DNA of 64,000 nucleotides, taken from Bacteroidota bacterium. Lineage in GTDB: Bacteria > Bacteroidota > Bacteroidia > Bacteroidales > Tannerellaceae. Below the pieces are notes generated by a model. The model did not search any database, was not told the origin of the DNA, and saw only the letters and a list, made by a program, of their open reading frames with translations. Position 1 is the stretch's first letter. Each line of letters starts with the position of its first letter. The stretch is taken from contig JAEYVY010000022.1 in assembly GCA_023429375.1 (NCBI GenBank), positions 63,848 through 127,847 on the forward strand, given 5' to 3'. Shown here piece by piece: positions 49,335 through 59,872 of this stretch. Made by a program: the position numbers and the translations under genes.

Positions 49335-49375
49335 ATGATTTTATTTTGATTGTTTGAACAAATGATAGAGAAACA

Positions 49376-50290
49376 ATGGTCCCTCATATAGATATTATCA
49401 ATAAGTATAAGGCTTATCTTCAATTAGAAAAGTCTTTATCCGGCAATTCGATAGACGCTTATCTAACCGACTTGGATAAGCTGTTACTCTATGTTGGAGC
49501 CGAAAATAAAGATTATAAGAATATTTCTTACGAAGACTTGCAGCATTTTGTGGCCGGTTTGCGTGATTTGGGCATTCATCCCCGCTCGCAAGCACGGATA
49601 ATTTCCGGAATCAAATCCTTCTACCGTTATCTACTACTGGATGGGTATATCGATAAAGACCCGACTGAACTGCTCGAATCTCCCAAAATAGGTATGAGAA
49701 TTCCGGAGGTGCTGACTGAACAGGAAATCAATGATATCCTTGATACAATCGATTTATCCAAGCCGGAAGGTCAGCGAAACAGGGCTATGCTCGAGGTTCT
49801 CTACAGTTGCGGGCTACGTGTTTCAGAGTTGACCTCCTTACGCTATTCCGATGTGTACTTCGAAGATGAATTTATTCGCGTAGAAGGGAAGGGGAGCAAA
49901 CAAAGACTGGTGCCCATTTCAGAGACGGCCATACGCGAGATACGGAACTATCTGTATGACAGAAATCTGGTAAACGTAAAGAAAGGTTTTGAAGATATCC
50001 TGTTTTTGAGTCGTAGAGGAACGGCGCTATCTCGTATCATGGTGTTTCATGTAATCAAACAGCAAGCCGAGCTGGCGGGTATCAAGAAAAATGTAAGTCC
50101 CCATACCTTCCGCCATTCGTTTGCCACGCATTTGCTTGAGGGAGGAGCTAATCTGCGAGCCATACAAGATATGTTGGGGCATGAAAATATAGCCACAACA
50201 GAGATTTATACGCATATTGACCGCGAAATGCTTCGCCGCGAAATACTGGAACACCATCCCCGCAGCAAGAAAATTGATAGTAATTTTTGA
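49376..50290 (+). CDS. xerD: Site-specific tyrosine recombinase XerD
   Basis: SAM-like N-domain (YLQLEKSLSGNSIDAY) and catalytic R...HTFRHSFATHLLEGGANLRAIQDMLGH...TEIYTH. Confidence 0.9.
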   Translation: MVPHIDIINKYKAYLQLEKSLSGNSIDAYLTDLDKLLLYVGAENKDYKNISYEDLQHFVAGLRDLGIHPRSQARIISGIKSFYRYLLLDGYIDKDPTELLESPKIGMRIPEVLTEQEINDILDTIDLSKPEGQRNRAMLEVLYSCGLRVSELTSLRYSDVYFEDEFIRVEGKGSKQRLVPISETAIREIRNYLYDRNLVNVKKGFEDILFLSRRGTALSRIMVFHVIKQQAELAGIKKNVSPHTFRHSFATHLLEGGANLRAIQDMLGHENIATTEIYTHIDREMLRREILEHHPRSKKIDSNF

Positions 50291-50510
50291 CAAAACCAAA
50301 TCAATATAACCCATTTAAGTGATGAGTGTGCTTGATGGGCTGTTTAAGTTGTTTGCCGTCTGACGTGTTGATGTTTGGATAGTAACGGGAAGTCTAACAA
50401 TTATCAAGACGAGTGAAAAAAGAATATCTAGCAATAAGCTTATTTACATTACTATGGTTTAATAATAGCACAGTATGTTTTTCTAAAATCTCCCTGATGT
50501 TTTTCTTTTT

Positions 50511-50579
50511 CCATATATATAGAAAAACTTTACTATATATGTAGAAAAACTTTACCACATATATGGAAATAGAAAAAGA
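50511..50579. repeat. Array of three tandem 22-bp units (copy 2 of the dispersed element)
   Basis: Units are CCATATATATAGAAAAACTTTA, CTATATATGTAGAAAAACTTTA and CCACATATATGGAAATAGAAAAAGA. Orientation and unit order match 16791-16859. Confidence 0.8.
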
Positions 50580-50889
50580 CAAGGATGTTTATTAAAAAAC
50601 ATACCTATCAAATAATAGAATGACCCCTATCAATTTTATAATTCGTTGAAAGGGGTGGAATCTATACCGGGAGTATTTTGCTCTGCCTGTGATTTAGACT
50701 ATTAAAATATTCGATTGTTTGCAAGAAGTGAAGATGATAATTTTATTTTGTTGACAATATTTAAGAATAGGAGCCTATTCTTTTGACTACAATCAACTTA
50801 TTTACGTTAAAAAAATTACATTTTGGCAGGCTTATTCTAAACATGGGTTAAAAATTGAGCGATTGAAGAAATTTTTCTTTAATTGATTC

Positions 50890-50917
50890 TTTGTTTCGGT
50901 AATTTATAGTACATTTG
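50890..50917 (+). promoter_or_regulatory. Candidate pckA promoter (-33 TTTG at 50890-50893, -7 TACATTTG at 50910-50917)
   Basis: Both Bacteroides consensus elements are present with a 16-nt gap. This implies a 5' UTR of about 120 nt before ATG 51044. Confidence 0.5.
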
Positions 50918-51043
50918 TTCCGCGGTTAACAAGAAAGCTTGAGAGCGATTGAAAACCTTGATATGTCGTTTCTTACGATATACATATTAAAATAGAGAGA
51001 GAGAAAAGTTATATAAGTAGTAATTAATTAAATTAAAAGCGTA

Positions 51044-52633
51044 ATGGCTAATTTAGATTTAAGCAAGTACGGAATCGTTGGTGATTTCGAAATTGTACAC
51101 AATCCTTCTTACGAAGTATTGTTCCAGGATGAAATGAATCCTGCTAATCAAGGTTTCGAAAAAGCAAAATTAACCAAGAGTGGTGCAACAGCTGTTTACA
51201 CAGGTAAGTTCACAGGTCGTTCTCCTAAAGACAAATATTTTGTTAAGGATGACGTAACTAAAGATACTTTGTGGTGGGATGGCGTAATCAACCGCCCATG
51301 TTCAAAAGAAGCATTTGACTATTGTAAGAGTAAAGTTGTAGCTCAACTTTCACAAGCTAAAAAATTATACGTAGTTGATACATTCTGCGGAACAAACGAA
51401 GATACTCGTATGAAAGTTCGTTTCATCGTTGAAGTTGCTTGGCAAGCTCACTTTGTAACAAACATGTTCATCCGTCCTTCACACTACGAATTGGCTAACT
51501 ATGGCGAACCTGATTTCGTATGCTTGAACGGTTCAAAAACTACAAACGACAAATGGCAAGAATTCGGATTGAACTCTGAAAACTTCACATTGTTCGATTT
51601 GACAGAAAAAATGCAAGTTATCGGTGGTACTTGGTATGGTGGTGAAATGAAGAAAGGTATCTTCTCATTGATGAACTACTACTTGCCATTGAAGGGTATC
51701 GCTTCTATGCACTGTTCAGCTAACGTGGGTAAAGATGGTGACGTAGCTATCTTCTTCGGTCTTTCAGGAACAGGTAAAACTACTCTTTCTGCAGACCCAA
51801 AACGTTACTTAATCGGTGACGACGAACACGGATGGGATGACCACGGAGTATTCAACTACGAAGGTGGTTGCTATGCAAAGGTTATCAACTTGAGCGAAGA
51901 AAACGAACCAGATATCTGGAGAGCTATCCGTCGTGACGCTTTATTGGAAAACGTAACAGTTGACGATGAAGGTAACATCGATTACGCTGATGGTTCAACA
52001 ACTGAAAACACACGTGTTTCTTACCCAATTCATCACATCAACAAGATCGTTCTTCCTTCACGTGCAGGTCACGCTGACAAGATCATCTATCTTTCTGCTG
52101 ATGCATTTGGTGTATTGCCTCCAGTTTCAATCTTGGATGACAATCAAGCACAATATCACTTCCTTTGCGGATTTACTTCAAAATTAGCTGGAACTGAACG
52201 TGGTATTACTGAACCAGTACCTTCATTCTCTCCTGCATTCGGTGAAGCATTCTTGACTTTACACCCAACTATGTATGCTAAACGTCTTGTTGAAAAGATG
52301 AACCAACACAATGGTAAAGCATATTTGGTTAACACAGGTTGGAACGGAACCGGCAAACGTATCTCTTTGAAGGATACTCGCGCTATCATCGATGCTATCA
52401 TCGACGGTTCAATCGAAAAAGCAGAAAAAGTTCATATTCCAATTATGAACTTGACTATCCCTGCTAAATTGAATAATGTTTCTGATATCCTTGACCCACG
52501 TAGCACTTATGCTGATGTTGCTGAATGGGAAAAGAAAGCTAAGCAATTGGCTGGTATGTATATCGAAAACTTCAAACAATACTGCGATAACGATGCAGCT
52601 CTTGCTCTTGTTTCTGCAGGTCCTCAATTGTAA
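51044..52633 (+). CDS. pckA: Phosphoenolpyruvate carboxykinase (ATP)
   Basis: [16 protein letters not shown], kinase-1a [11 protein letters not shown] and IGDDEHGW motifs. Very strong codon bias. Confidence 0.97.
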   Translation: MANLDLSKYGIVGDFEIVHNPSYEVLFQDEMNPANQGFEKAKLTKSGATAVYTGKFTGRSPKDKYFVKDDVTKDTLWWDGVINRPCSKEAFDYCKSKVVAQLSQAKKLYVVDTFCGTNEDTRMKVRFIVEVAWQAHFVTNMFIRPSHYELANYGEPDFVCLNGSKTTNDKWQEFGLNSENFTLFDLTEKMQVIGGTWYGGEMKKGIFSLMNYYLPLKGIASMHCSANVGKDGDVAIFFGLSGTGKTTLSADPKRYLIGDDEHGWDDHGVFNYEGGCYAKVINLSEENEPDIWRAIRRDALLENVTVDDEGNIDYADGSTTENTRVSYPIHHINKIVLPSRAGHADKIIYLSADAFGVLPPVSILDDNQAQYHFLCGFTSKLAGTERGITEPVPSFSPAFGEAFLTLHPTMYAKRLVEKMNQHNGKAYLVNTGWNGTGKRISLKDTRAIIDAIIDGSIEKAEKVHIPIMNLTIPAKLNNVSDILDPRSTYADVAEWEKKAKQLAGMYIENFKQYCDNDAALALVSAGPQL

Positions 52634-52656
52634 TTATAAGTTACATATCATAGAAA

Positions 52657-52686
52657 ACGTGGCGGATTTTTCCGTCACGTTTTTTT
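52657..52686 (+). terminator. Intrinsic terminator after pckA
   Basis: ACGTGGCGGA-tttt-TCCGTCACGT (10 bp, one G-U) followed by TTTTTT. Confidence 0.8.
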
Positions 52687-52699
52687 ATTTATAAAACGG

Positions 52700-53878
52700 A
52701 TGATTTTTGCTTATAAGTTCTATTTGTTAAATATTATTTATATCTTTAACCCCAAATGCTTAAATGATAAAATAAAACTTGTGTTGAAGAACTGTTTATT
52801 GGTTTTCTGCTTGCTACTTTGTGTTTGTTCCTGTGGTAACAATAAAACCTATAAGGTAGAAGGTAAACTGACGAATCTGCAAGATCAGTTGGTGCATATA
52901 GTTTATGAAGGTAGTGGAGACCGCGTGATGGACTCCATCACATGTACATCTCCTGGAAAATTCAAATTTGAACTAGATCAGGAAGGATTCAACTTTGCTA
53001 CCCTTTATTTTGAAGATCGCACAAAGTATATCACCGTATTTCTGGAACCTAAACAAAAAGTCGTTATAACGGGAGACATTACTTATCCGCAACTTGTCCA
53101 AGTCAAAGGTGGCCGAATCAATGATAAGCTTACTGATTTCTATAAGAAAAATGCCGCATTAATAAAAGACCAGATCGATTGGGCTAAAGCAATGGCAGAA
53201 GCAAACGATGTTTCCGGAAGTTCGGACATCCTGTCTAAATTGACAAATGTAAGGCATCAGATAGAAGAGTCTGCATTAGCTTATATCTGTGACCATCCGA
53301 AAGAAGCAGCATCAGCCGTACTGATTCAAACCTATTTTATTACTCCCGACGATACTCGTAAACTGGATGAACTTTTGGCTGTGCTTAGTCCCGAGTTGAA
53401 TGATTTTTTCTTGGTGAAAGAGATGGCCGAATATAGTACGCGCGCCAAACGTACTGCTTTAGGTGCAGAAGCGCCGGATTTTTCGGTAAAGAATATATAT
53501 GGTAAGCCATTTGCGCTAGACTCTCTGAAGTCAACCTATAAAATACTCGCTTTTATTGCCCCTTGGTGTGAGATGTGCCAGACAGATATATTGCATCTTG
53601 ACAAAGTGGCAACAAACTACAAGGAAGACAAACTCGAAATCTTATTGGTTAGTCTGGATGACAATCCCAATGAAGTAAGAGACTTTCTTAAGCAGGATTC
53701 AATCAAGTGGAACGTAGTAACAGACTCAGCAAATCAAGCTGCTATGCTGTTTGATCTTTACAATGTAAGTGCGTTGCCACGTTGTTTCCTAATAGATGAA
53801 GAAGATAAAATTATACTTAAAACAGATAATGGAGCCGAAATAACACAAATACTTGGCAATTTACTAGGGACAGAATAA
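52700..53878 (+). CDS. TlpA-like thiol:disulfide oxidoreductase lipoprotein (DUF4369 + thioredoxin fold)
   Basis: Thioredoxin active site APWCEMCQ. The N-terminal half resembles DUF4369. The ORF envelope starts at ATG 52700. A GTG at 52781 would instead give a normal-length lipoprotein signal (V/M-LKNCLLVFCLLLCVCSC), which I consider more likely. Confidence 0.8.
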   Translation: MIFAYKFYLLNIIYIFNPKCLNDKIKLVLKNCLLVFCLLLCVCSCGNNKTYKVEGKLTNLQDQLVHIVYEGSGDRVMDSITCTSPGKFKFELDQEGFNFATLYFEDRTKYITVFLEPKQKVVITGDITYPQLVQVKGGRINDKLTDFYKKNAALIKDQIDWAKAMAEANDVSGSSDILSKLTNVRHQIEESALAYICDHPKEAASAVLIQTYFITPDDTRKLDELLAVLSPELNDFFLVKEMAEYSTRAKRTALGAEAPDFSVKNIYGKPFALDSLKSTYKILAFIAPWCEMCQTDILHLDKVATNYKEDKLEILLVSLDDNPNEVRDFLKQDSIKWNVVTDSANQAAMLFDLYNVSALPRCFLIDEEDKIILKTDNGAEITQILGNLLGTE

Positions 53879-53911
53879 CATTTTACTAACAAATAAACCA
53901 ACCCCTTAATT

Positions 53912-55450
53912 ATGCTTGTAAAATCTTATGCTGCAGCAGTGCAGGGTATATCAGCTACTATTGTTACAATCGAAGTCAACTGTACAAAAGGAATTCATTT
54001 CTACTTGGTTGGACTGCCCGATGTGGCCGTCAGAGAGAGTCATGAGCGTATAATTTCTGCGTTTCAAGTGACGGGTTATGAATTTCCTCGTCGTCGGATA
54101 GTTGTGAATATGGCTCCGGCCGATATTCGTAAGGAAGGATCTGCCTATGATTTGCCATTGGCTATGGGAATTCTTGCCGCAGCAGAAGTAATCGATCCGG
54201 AAAGGTTGGGACAATATATGATGATGGGCGAACTTTCGATGGATGGCAGCCTCCAGCCGGTGAAAGGCATACTTCCCATTGCCCTAAAAGCACGCGAAGA
54301 AGGGTTTAAAGGCCTTATTGTCCCTAAGCAGAATGCACGTGAAGCAGCTGTAGTTGAAGGACTCGAAGTTTACGGAGTCGATACAATTAAAGAAGTGATC
54401 GATTTTATCAACAAGAAAAAGGAACTTGAGCGTACCGTGGTCAATATTGAAGAGGAATTTTATAAGCTACAATTTAACGATGAGCTGGACTTTTGCGATG
54501 TGAAAGGGCAAGAGAATGTAAAAAGAGCATTGGAAGTAGCAGCCGCCGGAGGACACAACCTGTTGATGATTGGTGCTCCGGGAAGCGGAAAGTCAATGTT
54601 GGCTAAGCGACTCCCCTCAATTTTGCCCCCATTTACCCTTCAAGAATCTCTGGAAACGACAAAAATCCATTCTGTAGCCGGAAAAATAGACAAGGGTATG
54701 TCTCTCATGTCCCAACGGCCATTTCGCTCGCCGCATCATACGATTTCAAATGTGGCCATGGTTGGCGGTGGAGCTTATCCGCAGCCGGGAGAAATCAGTT
54801 TGGCGCACAATGGCATTCTTTTTCTGGATGAGCTTCCTGAATTCAATAGGAGCGTCTTAGAGGTGATGCGTCAACCGTTGGAGGATCGGAATATCACTAT
54901 TTCAAGGGCACGCTTTGCCGTGGATTATCCGGCTAGCTTTATGCTGATAGCTTCGATGAATCCGTGTCCCTGCGGTTTTTATAATCATCCTGACCGTCCT
55001 TGTGTATGTTCGCCGGGGAGTGTACAGAAATATATGAATCGTATTTCCGGTCCATTGCTTGACCGTATAGATATTCAGATAGAAATTGTACCCGTGCCGT
55101 TTGAGAAAATTTCGGAACAACGACCTTCTGAGCAAAGCTGTTTTGTACGTGAGCGTGTAGTCAAAGCTCGGATGAGGCAGGAAGAACGATTTAAATCATG
55201 TGAAGGAGTCTACTGCAATGCACAGATGAGTTCAAGATTACTCCGTCAATATGCTTGTCCGGATGAGGCGGGGCTTATGCTGCTTAAAAATGCAATGAGT
55301 AAATTGAACCTTTCAGCTCGCGCCTACGATCGGATATTGAAAGTTTCCCGGACGATTGCCGACCTAGAAGGTGTTGATCATATTGAAGCCCGGCATTTAG
55401 CCGAAGCCATCAATTACAGAAGCCTTGATAGAGAAAGTTGGGGGATGTAG
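53912..55450 (+). CDS. comM: YifB/ComM-family Mg-chelatase-like AAA+ ATPase
   Basis: Lon-protease-like N-domain, Walker A GAPGSGKSMLAKRL, ILFLDELPEF and a C-terminal ChlI-type domain. The gene is intact. Confidence 0.9.
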   Translation: MLVKSYAAAVQGISATIVTIEVNCTKGIHFYLVGLPDVAVRESHERIISAFQVTGYEFPRRRIVVNMAPADIRKEGSAYDLPLAMGILAAAEVIDPERLGQYMMMGELSMDGSLQPVKGILPIALKAREEGFKGLIVPKQNAREAAVVEGLEVYGVDTIKEVIDFINKKKELERTVVNIEEEFYKLQFNDELDFCDVKGQENVKRALEVAAAGGHNLLMIGAPGSGKSMLAKRLPSILPPFTLQESLETTKIHSVAGKIDKGMSLMSQRPFRSPHHTISNVAMVGGGAYPQPGEISLAHNGILFLDELPEFNRSVLEVMRQPLEDRNITISRARFAVDYPASFMLIASMNPCPCGFYNHPDRPCVCSPGSVQKYMNRISGPLLDRIDIQIEIVPVPFEKISEQRPSEQSCFVRERVVKARMRQEERFKSCEGVYCNAQMSSRLLRQYACPDEAGLMLLKNAMSKLNLSARAYDRILKVSRTIADLEGVDHIEARHLAEAINYRSLDRESWGM

Positions 55451-55489
55451 AAAGTGACTTTTATGACAACAGTTTTGCTAAAAAAAACA

Positions 55490-55497
55490 TACCTTTG
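55490..55497 (+). promoter_or_regulatory. -7-type promoter box TACCTTTG upstream of metG
   Basis: Exact TAnnTTTG match, 24 nt before the metG ATG. Confidence 0.45.
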
Positions 55498-55521
55498 TGC
55501 CTCAAATAGATAACAAGAAGT

Positions 55522-57561
55522 ATGGAGAAGCAATTCAAAAGAACACTGATTACAACAGCATTACCTTATGCAAACGGTCCTGTTCATATCGGACACTTGG
55601 CTGGTGTTTATGTACCTGCTGATATTTATGCACGTTACCTCAGACTTAAAGGTGAGGAGGTCTTGATGATAGGTGGCTCTGACGAGCATGGCGTGCCTAT
55701 TACAATACGTGCGAAGAAAGAAGGAGTAACGCCCCAAGATGTGGTTGACCGTTATCATAATATAATCAAACAATCTTTTGAGGATTTCGGAATCACTTTC
55801 GATATCTATTCGCGTACAACTTCAGCTACGCATAGACAAGTAGCATCTGACTTTTTCCGTAAGCTTTATGATAAAGGTGAGTTTATTGAAAAAACGAGCG
55901 AACAATATTACGATGAAGAAGCCAAGCAGTTTTTGGCTGATCGCTATATAATGGGAACTTGCCCACACTGTAAAAATGAACATGCCTATGGCGACCAGTG
56001 TGAAGCTTGTGGAACGTCACTTAACCCGACCGACCTGATCAATCCTAAATCAACGATTAGTGGTAGCGTTCCTGTGATGAAAGAAACGAAACACTGGTAT
56101 CTTCCCCTTGATAAGCATGAACCATTCTTGCGTCAATGGATTTTGGAAGAACATAAAGAATGGAAGCCCAATGTATATGGTCAATGTAAGAGTTGGTTGG
56201 ATATGGGACTTCAGCCACGTGCTGTAAGCCGTGACCTAGACTGGGGTATTCCTGTCCCCGTTGAAGGAGCAGAAGGTAAAGTGCTTTATGTATGGTTTGA
56301 TGCGCCTATCGGTTATATCTCAAATACAAAAGAATTACTGCCCGATACGTGGGAAACTTGGTGGAAAGATCCGGAAACAAAAATTGTTCATTTCATCGGA
56401 AAAGACAATATCGTATTCCATTGTATCGTATTCCCGGCTATGCTAAAGGCCGAAGGCTCGTTCTGCCTTCCGGAAAATGTACCGGCCAACGAATTCCTGA
56501 ATCTGGAAGGTGACAAAATATCTACTTCACGCAACTGGGCTGTATGGTTGCATGAATATTTGATAGACCTGCCGGGCAAACAGGATGTGTTGCGTTATGT
56601 ATTGACTGCAAACGCTCCGGAAACAAAAGATAATGACTTTACTTGGAAAGATTTCCAAGCACGCAATAACAATGAGTTGGTAGCTATCCTCGGAAACTTT
56701 ATCAACCGTGCATTGGTGCTGACCGAAAAATATTTTGACAGCAAGGTGCCTGTAGCCGGAGAGCTAACGGAGTATGACCTACAGACGCTCAAGGATTTTG
56801 CAAATGTGAAGGAAGATGTTGAACGGTTGTTGGATACCTATCATTTCCGTGATGCACAAAAAGAAGCGATGAACCTGGCACGTATCGGTAACAAGTATTT
56901 AGCAGATACAGAACCTTGGAAATTGGCGAAAACTGATATGGAGCGAGTGGGTACAATCTTGAATATCTCTCTGCAAATTGCAGCGAATTTGGCTATTGCT
57001 TTCGAACCATTCCTTCCTTTCAGCATGGATAAGCTAAATAAGATGCTAAACGTAGAGCCTTTAGGATGGGATCGCTTAGGTGCAACTGATTTGTTGCCGG
57101 CCGGACATCAATTGGGGAAATCAGAGTTGCTGTTTGAAAAGATTGAAGACAGTGTAATTGAAGCACAAATTCAGAAACTGCTGGATACGAAAAAAGCGAA
57201 CGAAGAAGCAAATTATAAAGCAAATCCTATTCGAGCTAATATTGAATTTGATGATTTTACAAAATTAGATATTCGTGTAGGAACCGTATTGGAATGTACA
57301 AAAGTGCCGAAAGCGGATAAATTATTGCAATTTAAAATAGATGACGGACTCGAAACCAGAACGATCGTTTCGGGAATCGCTAAATTTTATAACCCGGAAG
57401 AATTAGTAGGAAAACAAGTTTGCTTTATTGCAAACCTTGCTCCGCGAACACTGAAGGGTATCGTTTCACAAGGCATGATCCTTTCGGCAGAAGATGCTGA
57501 CGGCAAATTGGCCGTGATAACTCCTGAAAAGGTGGTGAAGCCGGGAAGTGAAGTGAAATAA
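55522..57561 (+). CDS. metG: Methionine--tRNA ligase
   Basis: HIGH (PVHIGHLAG), Zn knuckle [23 protein letters not shown] variant KISTSRN and a C-terminal Trbp111/EMAP-like tRNA-binding domain. Confidence 0.97.
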   Translation: MEKQFKRTLITTALPYANGPVHIGHLAGVYVPADIYARYLRLKGEEVLMIGGSDEHGVPITIRAKKEGVTPQDVVDRYHNIIKQSFEDFGITFDIYSRTTSATHRQVASDFFRKLYDKGEFIEKTSEQYYDEEAKQFLADRYIMGTCPHCKNEHAYGDQCEACGTSLNPTDLINPKSTISGSVPVMKETKHWYLPLDKHEPFLRQWILEEHKEWKPNVYGQCKSWLDMGLQPRAVSRDLDWGIPVPVEGAEGKVLYVWFDAPIGYISNTKELLPDTWETWWKDPETKIVHFIGKDNIVFHCIVFPAMLKAEGSFCLPENVPANEFLNLEGDKISTSRNWAVWLHEYLIDLPGKQDVLRYVLTANAPETKDNDFTWKDFQARNNNELVAILGNFINRALVLTEKYFDSKVPVAGELTEYDLQTLKDFANVKEDVERLLDTYHFRDAQKEAMNLARIGNKYLADTEPWKLAKTDMERVGTILNISLQIAANLAIAFEPFLPFSMDKLNKMLNVEPLGWDRLGATDLLPAGHQLGKSELLFEKIEDSVIEAQIQKLLDTKKANEEANYKANPIRANIEFDDFTKLDIRVGTVLECTKVPKADKLLQFKIDDGLETRTIVSGIAKFYNPEELVGKQVCFIANLAPRTLKGIVSQGMILSAEDADGKLAVITPEKVVKPGSEVK

Positions 57562-57577
57562 CAATCTGCGTATACAA

Positions 57578-58720
57578 ATGTCAGAACAAAAAATACAAAT
57601 GGTAGACTTGCAAAAGCAGTATCAACGCATTAAGACTGAAGTTGATACTGCTGTGCAGTCTGTTATTGCCGGAGGGGCTTATATTAATGGCCCTCAGGTG
57701 AAAGAATTTACCGCTCAGTTCGGTGAATATTTGGATGTTCCGTATGTCATCCCCTGTGCTAACGGAACAGACGCCTTGCAAATTGCCTTGATGGCACTGA
57801 GTCTGAAGCCTGGTGATGAGGTTATCGTGCCGGCATTTACTTATGCTGCAGCTGCAGAGGCGATTGCATTGCTTGGATTGGTCCCAATCCCTGTTGATGT
57901 AGATGCAAAAACATTCAATATAGATCCTTCGAAAATTGAATTGGCCATTTCGCGTCAGACAAAAGCCATGATTGTAGTCCATTTGTTCGGGCAGGTATGC
58001 GATATGGAAAGCATTCAGGCTATTGCCAAGAAATATAAATTATTCCTGATTGAAGACAATGCTCAGTCGACCGGTGCGGAATACATCTTCAAGGATGGTA
58101 GCAGGAAAAAGGCCGGTACAATCGGAGATATCGGTACAACTTCCTTCTTCCCGACAAAGCCACTCGCTTGTTTTGGTGATGGAGGAGCTATAATGACCTC
58201 GAATCCGGAATTGGCCGAACGCTGCCGGATGATCACTTTACATGGACAAAATCAAAAGTACCATCATAAAATAATCGGATGTAATTCTCGTTTAGACACT
58301 ATACAAGCAGCTGTGCTCAGTGTAAAGCTTCGGTATATGGACGTGTTTACAGCCTCTCGTGTGGAGAAGGCTAAATTGTATGATGAACACCTTGGCTTTG
58401 TAAGTGACGTAGCTACACCGTTTCGCGTAGGATATTCTACGCATGTGTATCACCAATATACCTTGCTGATACAGAATGGCAAACGGGATGAGCTGCAAGC
58501 TTGGCTTAAGGATAAAGGGGTGCCCTCTTTTGTTTATTATCCACTTCCATTACATCAACAAGAAGCTTTCAGATGGTGTATACGAATGTCAATGGAGTTG
58601 ACGGAATCAGAGAAACTTTGTAAATCAGTTCTGTCATTGCCAATTCATTCGGAATTGACGGAAGAAGAGCAATTATACATTATCGATACGGTAAAGAACG
58701 GCATGGCTGCTATACGTTGA
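57578..58720 (+). CDS. DegT/DnrJ/EryC1/StrS-family sugar-nucleotide aminotransferase
   Basis: Family pattern throughout (QVKEFTAQFGEYL, NGTDALQIAL, PLP-lysine region TSFFPTKPL). Lies 16 nt after metG. Confidence 0.9.
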   Translation: MSEQKIQMVDLQKQYQRIKTEVDTAVQSVIAGGAYINGPQVKEFTAQFGEYLDVPYVIPCANGTDALQIALMALSLKPGDEVIVPAFTYAAAAEAIALLGLVPIPVDVDAKTFNIDPSKIELAISRQTKAMIVVHLFGQVCDMESIQAIAKKYKLFLIEDNAQSTGAEYIFKDGSRKKAGTIGDIGTTSFFPTKPLACFGDGGAIMTSNPELAERCRMITLHGQNQKYHHKIIGCNSRLDTIQAAVLSVKLRYMDVFTASRVEKAKLYDEHLGFVSDVATPFRVGYSTHVYHQYTLLIQNGKRDELQAWLKDKGVPSFVYYPLPLHQQEAFRWCIRMSMELTESEKLCKSVLSLPIHSELTEEEQLYIIDTVKNGMAAIR

Positions 58721-58736
58721 AAGAGTATAAAAAGTC

Positions 58737-59759
58737 ATGGAAGAAAAAAGGAAAATTAGATTTGCCGTTGTAGGTTGTGGTCATATAGGTAAACGCCACG
58801 CAGAAATGATCACCCGTGAAGCGGGTGCAGAGTTAGTTGCTCTTTGCGACATTCGTTCAATTAATGAATTAGGTATCGATGCTTATCAGGTTCCTTTTTT
58901 CCAAAGTATAGATTCGCTTCTGTCTTCTGGATTAGCTATTGATGTAATTAATATATGTACACCCAATGGGCTGCATGCTTCCATGGCTATTGATGCGATA
59001 AAAAGCGGGCATCATGTCGTTTTGGAAAAACCCATGGCGCTCACACTTTCTGATGCCGAACAAGTCGTTTATACTTCCCTGAAATATAGTAAACAGGTAT
59101 TCTGTGTGATGCAGAATCGATATTCTCCGCCTTCTGTCTGGATTAAAGAAATGGTAGAACAAGGTAGGTTAGGCAAGATCTATATGGTTCAGCTTAACTG
59201 CTATTGGAATAGAGACGGCCGTTATTATAAAGCGGGAGGCTGGCATGGTGATGCTAGGTTAGATGGAGGAACCCTATTTACCCAATTCTCACATTTTATA
59301 GACATCTTGTATTGGCTGTTTGGCGATATCTGCAATATAAAGGCTCGTTTCGCTGATTTTAACCATCAAACGCTTACGGATTTTGAAGACTCCGGTCTGG
59401 TGACCTTTGATTTTGTAAATGGAGGAATAGGTTGTCTCAATTATTCTACTGCTGTATGGGATAAAAATATGGAAAGTAGTATGTTGATAGTCGCTGAGAA
59501 TGGAAGCGTGAAGATTGGCGGACAGTATATGAATGAGGTAGAATATTGTCATGTAAAAGATTATTCCATGCCGGAGTTGGCTCCTACCAATCCGGGTAAT
59601 GACTATGGGCCTTACAAAGGCTCAGCGCAGAATCATAATTTTGTGATTCGTAATGTACTGAATGTTTTATCCGGTCAGTCAAGCGAAACTATCACAACGA
59701 ATGTACTCGAAGGGATGAAGGTTGTAGACATCATACAACGAATTTACGCCCAGAAATAA
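58737..59759 (+). CDS. Gfo/Idh/MocA-family NAD(P)-dependent oxidoreductase (WbpB/GnnA-like)
   Basis: Rossmann motif FAVVGCGHIGKRH and an EKP motif (VVLEKPMA). Lies 16 nt after the aminotransferase gene. Confidence 0.88.
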   Translation: MEEKRKIRFAVVGCGHIGKRHAEMITREAGAELVALCDIRSINELGIDAYQVPFFQSIDSLLSSGLAIDVINICTPNGLHASMAIDAIKSGHHVVLEKPMALTLSDAEQVVYTSLKYSKQVFCVMQNRYSPPSVWIKEMVEQGRLGKIYMVQLNCYWNRDGRYYKAGGWHGDARLDGGTLFTQFSHFIDILYWLFGDICNIKARFADFNHQTLTDFEDSGLVTFDFVNGGIGCLNYSTAVWDKNMESSMLIVAENGSVKIGGQYMNEVEYCHVKDYSMPELAPTNPGNDYGPYKGSAQNHNFVIRNVLNVLSGQSSETITTNVLEGMKVVDIIQRIYAQK

Positions 59760-59864
59760 ACAGTTTTTATCTCATATAAACTTTTTTGAAAACTAATTAG
59801 TGTTTATTATATGTTTGAAAACACAAATTAGCAATTTGGGTATTGACAGAAATAAAAACTACCG

Positions 59865-59872
59865 TAACTTTG
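59865..59872 (+). promoter_or_regulatory. -7-type promoter box TAACTTTG, about 250 nt upstream of the next ORF
   Basis: Exact TAnnTTTG match. A TTGACA hexamer lies at 59843-59848. No ORF start follows for about 245 nt. Confidence 0.4.

Noticed and set aside
49376-50290. Tyrosine recombinase as a marker of a mobile element or invertible promoter
   Set aside because: It has full XerD-type motifs and sits in the conserved aroQ-xerD arrangement, with no flanking cargo. The nearby 21-bp inverted repeat encloses only 36 bp, far too small for a typical invertible promoter segment.
16791-50579. Two direct repeat copies 33.7 kb apart as att sites of an integrated element
   Set aside because: The intervening DNA is core housekeeping (rpsA, rnr, pyk, aroQ, cls, dusB). 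It contains no integrase next to either repeat other than the chromosomal xerD, no mobility genes and no compositional shift.
50394-50582. 62-aa minus-strand ORF in the xerD-pckA spacer
   Set aside because: It reads straight through the 22-bp repeat units (translation IYVVKFFYIYSKVFLYIW). No equivalent ORF exists at the other repeat copy, and I saw no promoter box.
53912-55450. comM as a hotspot for genomic-island insertion
   Set aside because: The gene is intact and full length (512 aa with all AAA+ motifs) and is flanked by housekeeping genes.
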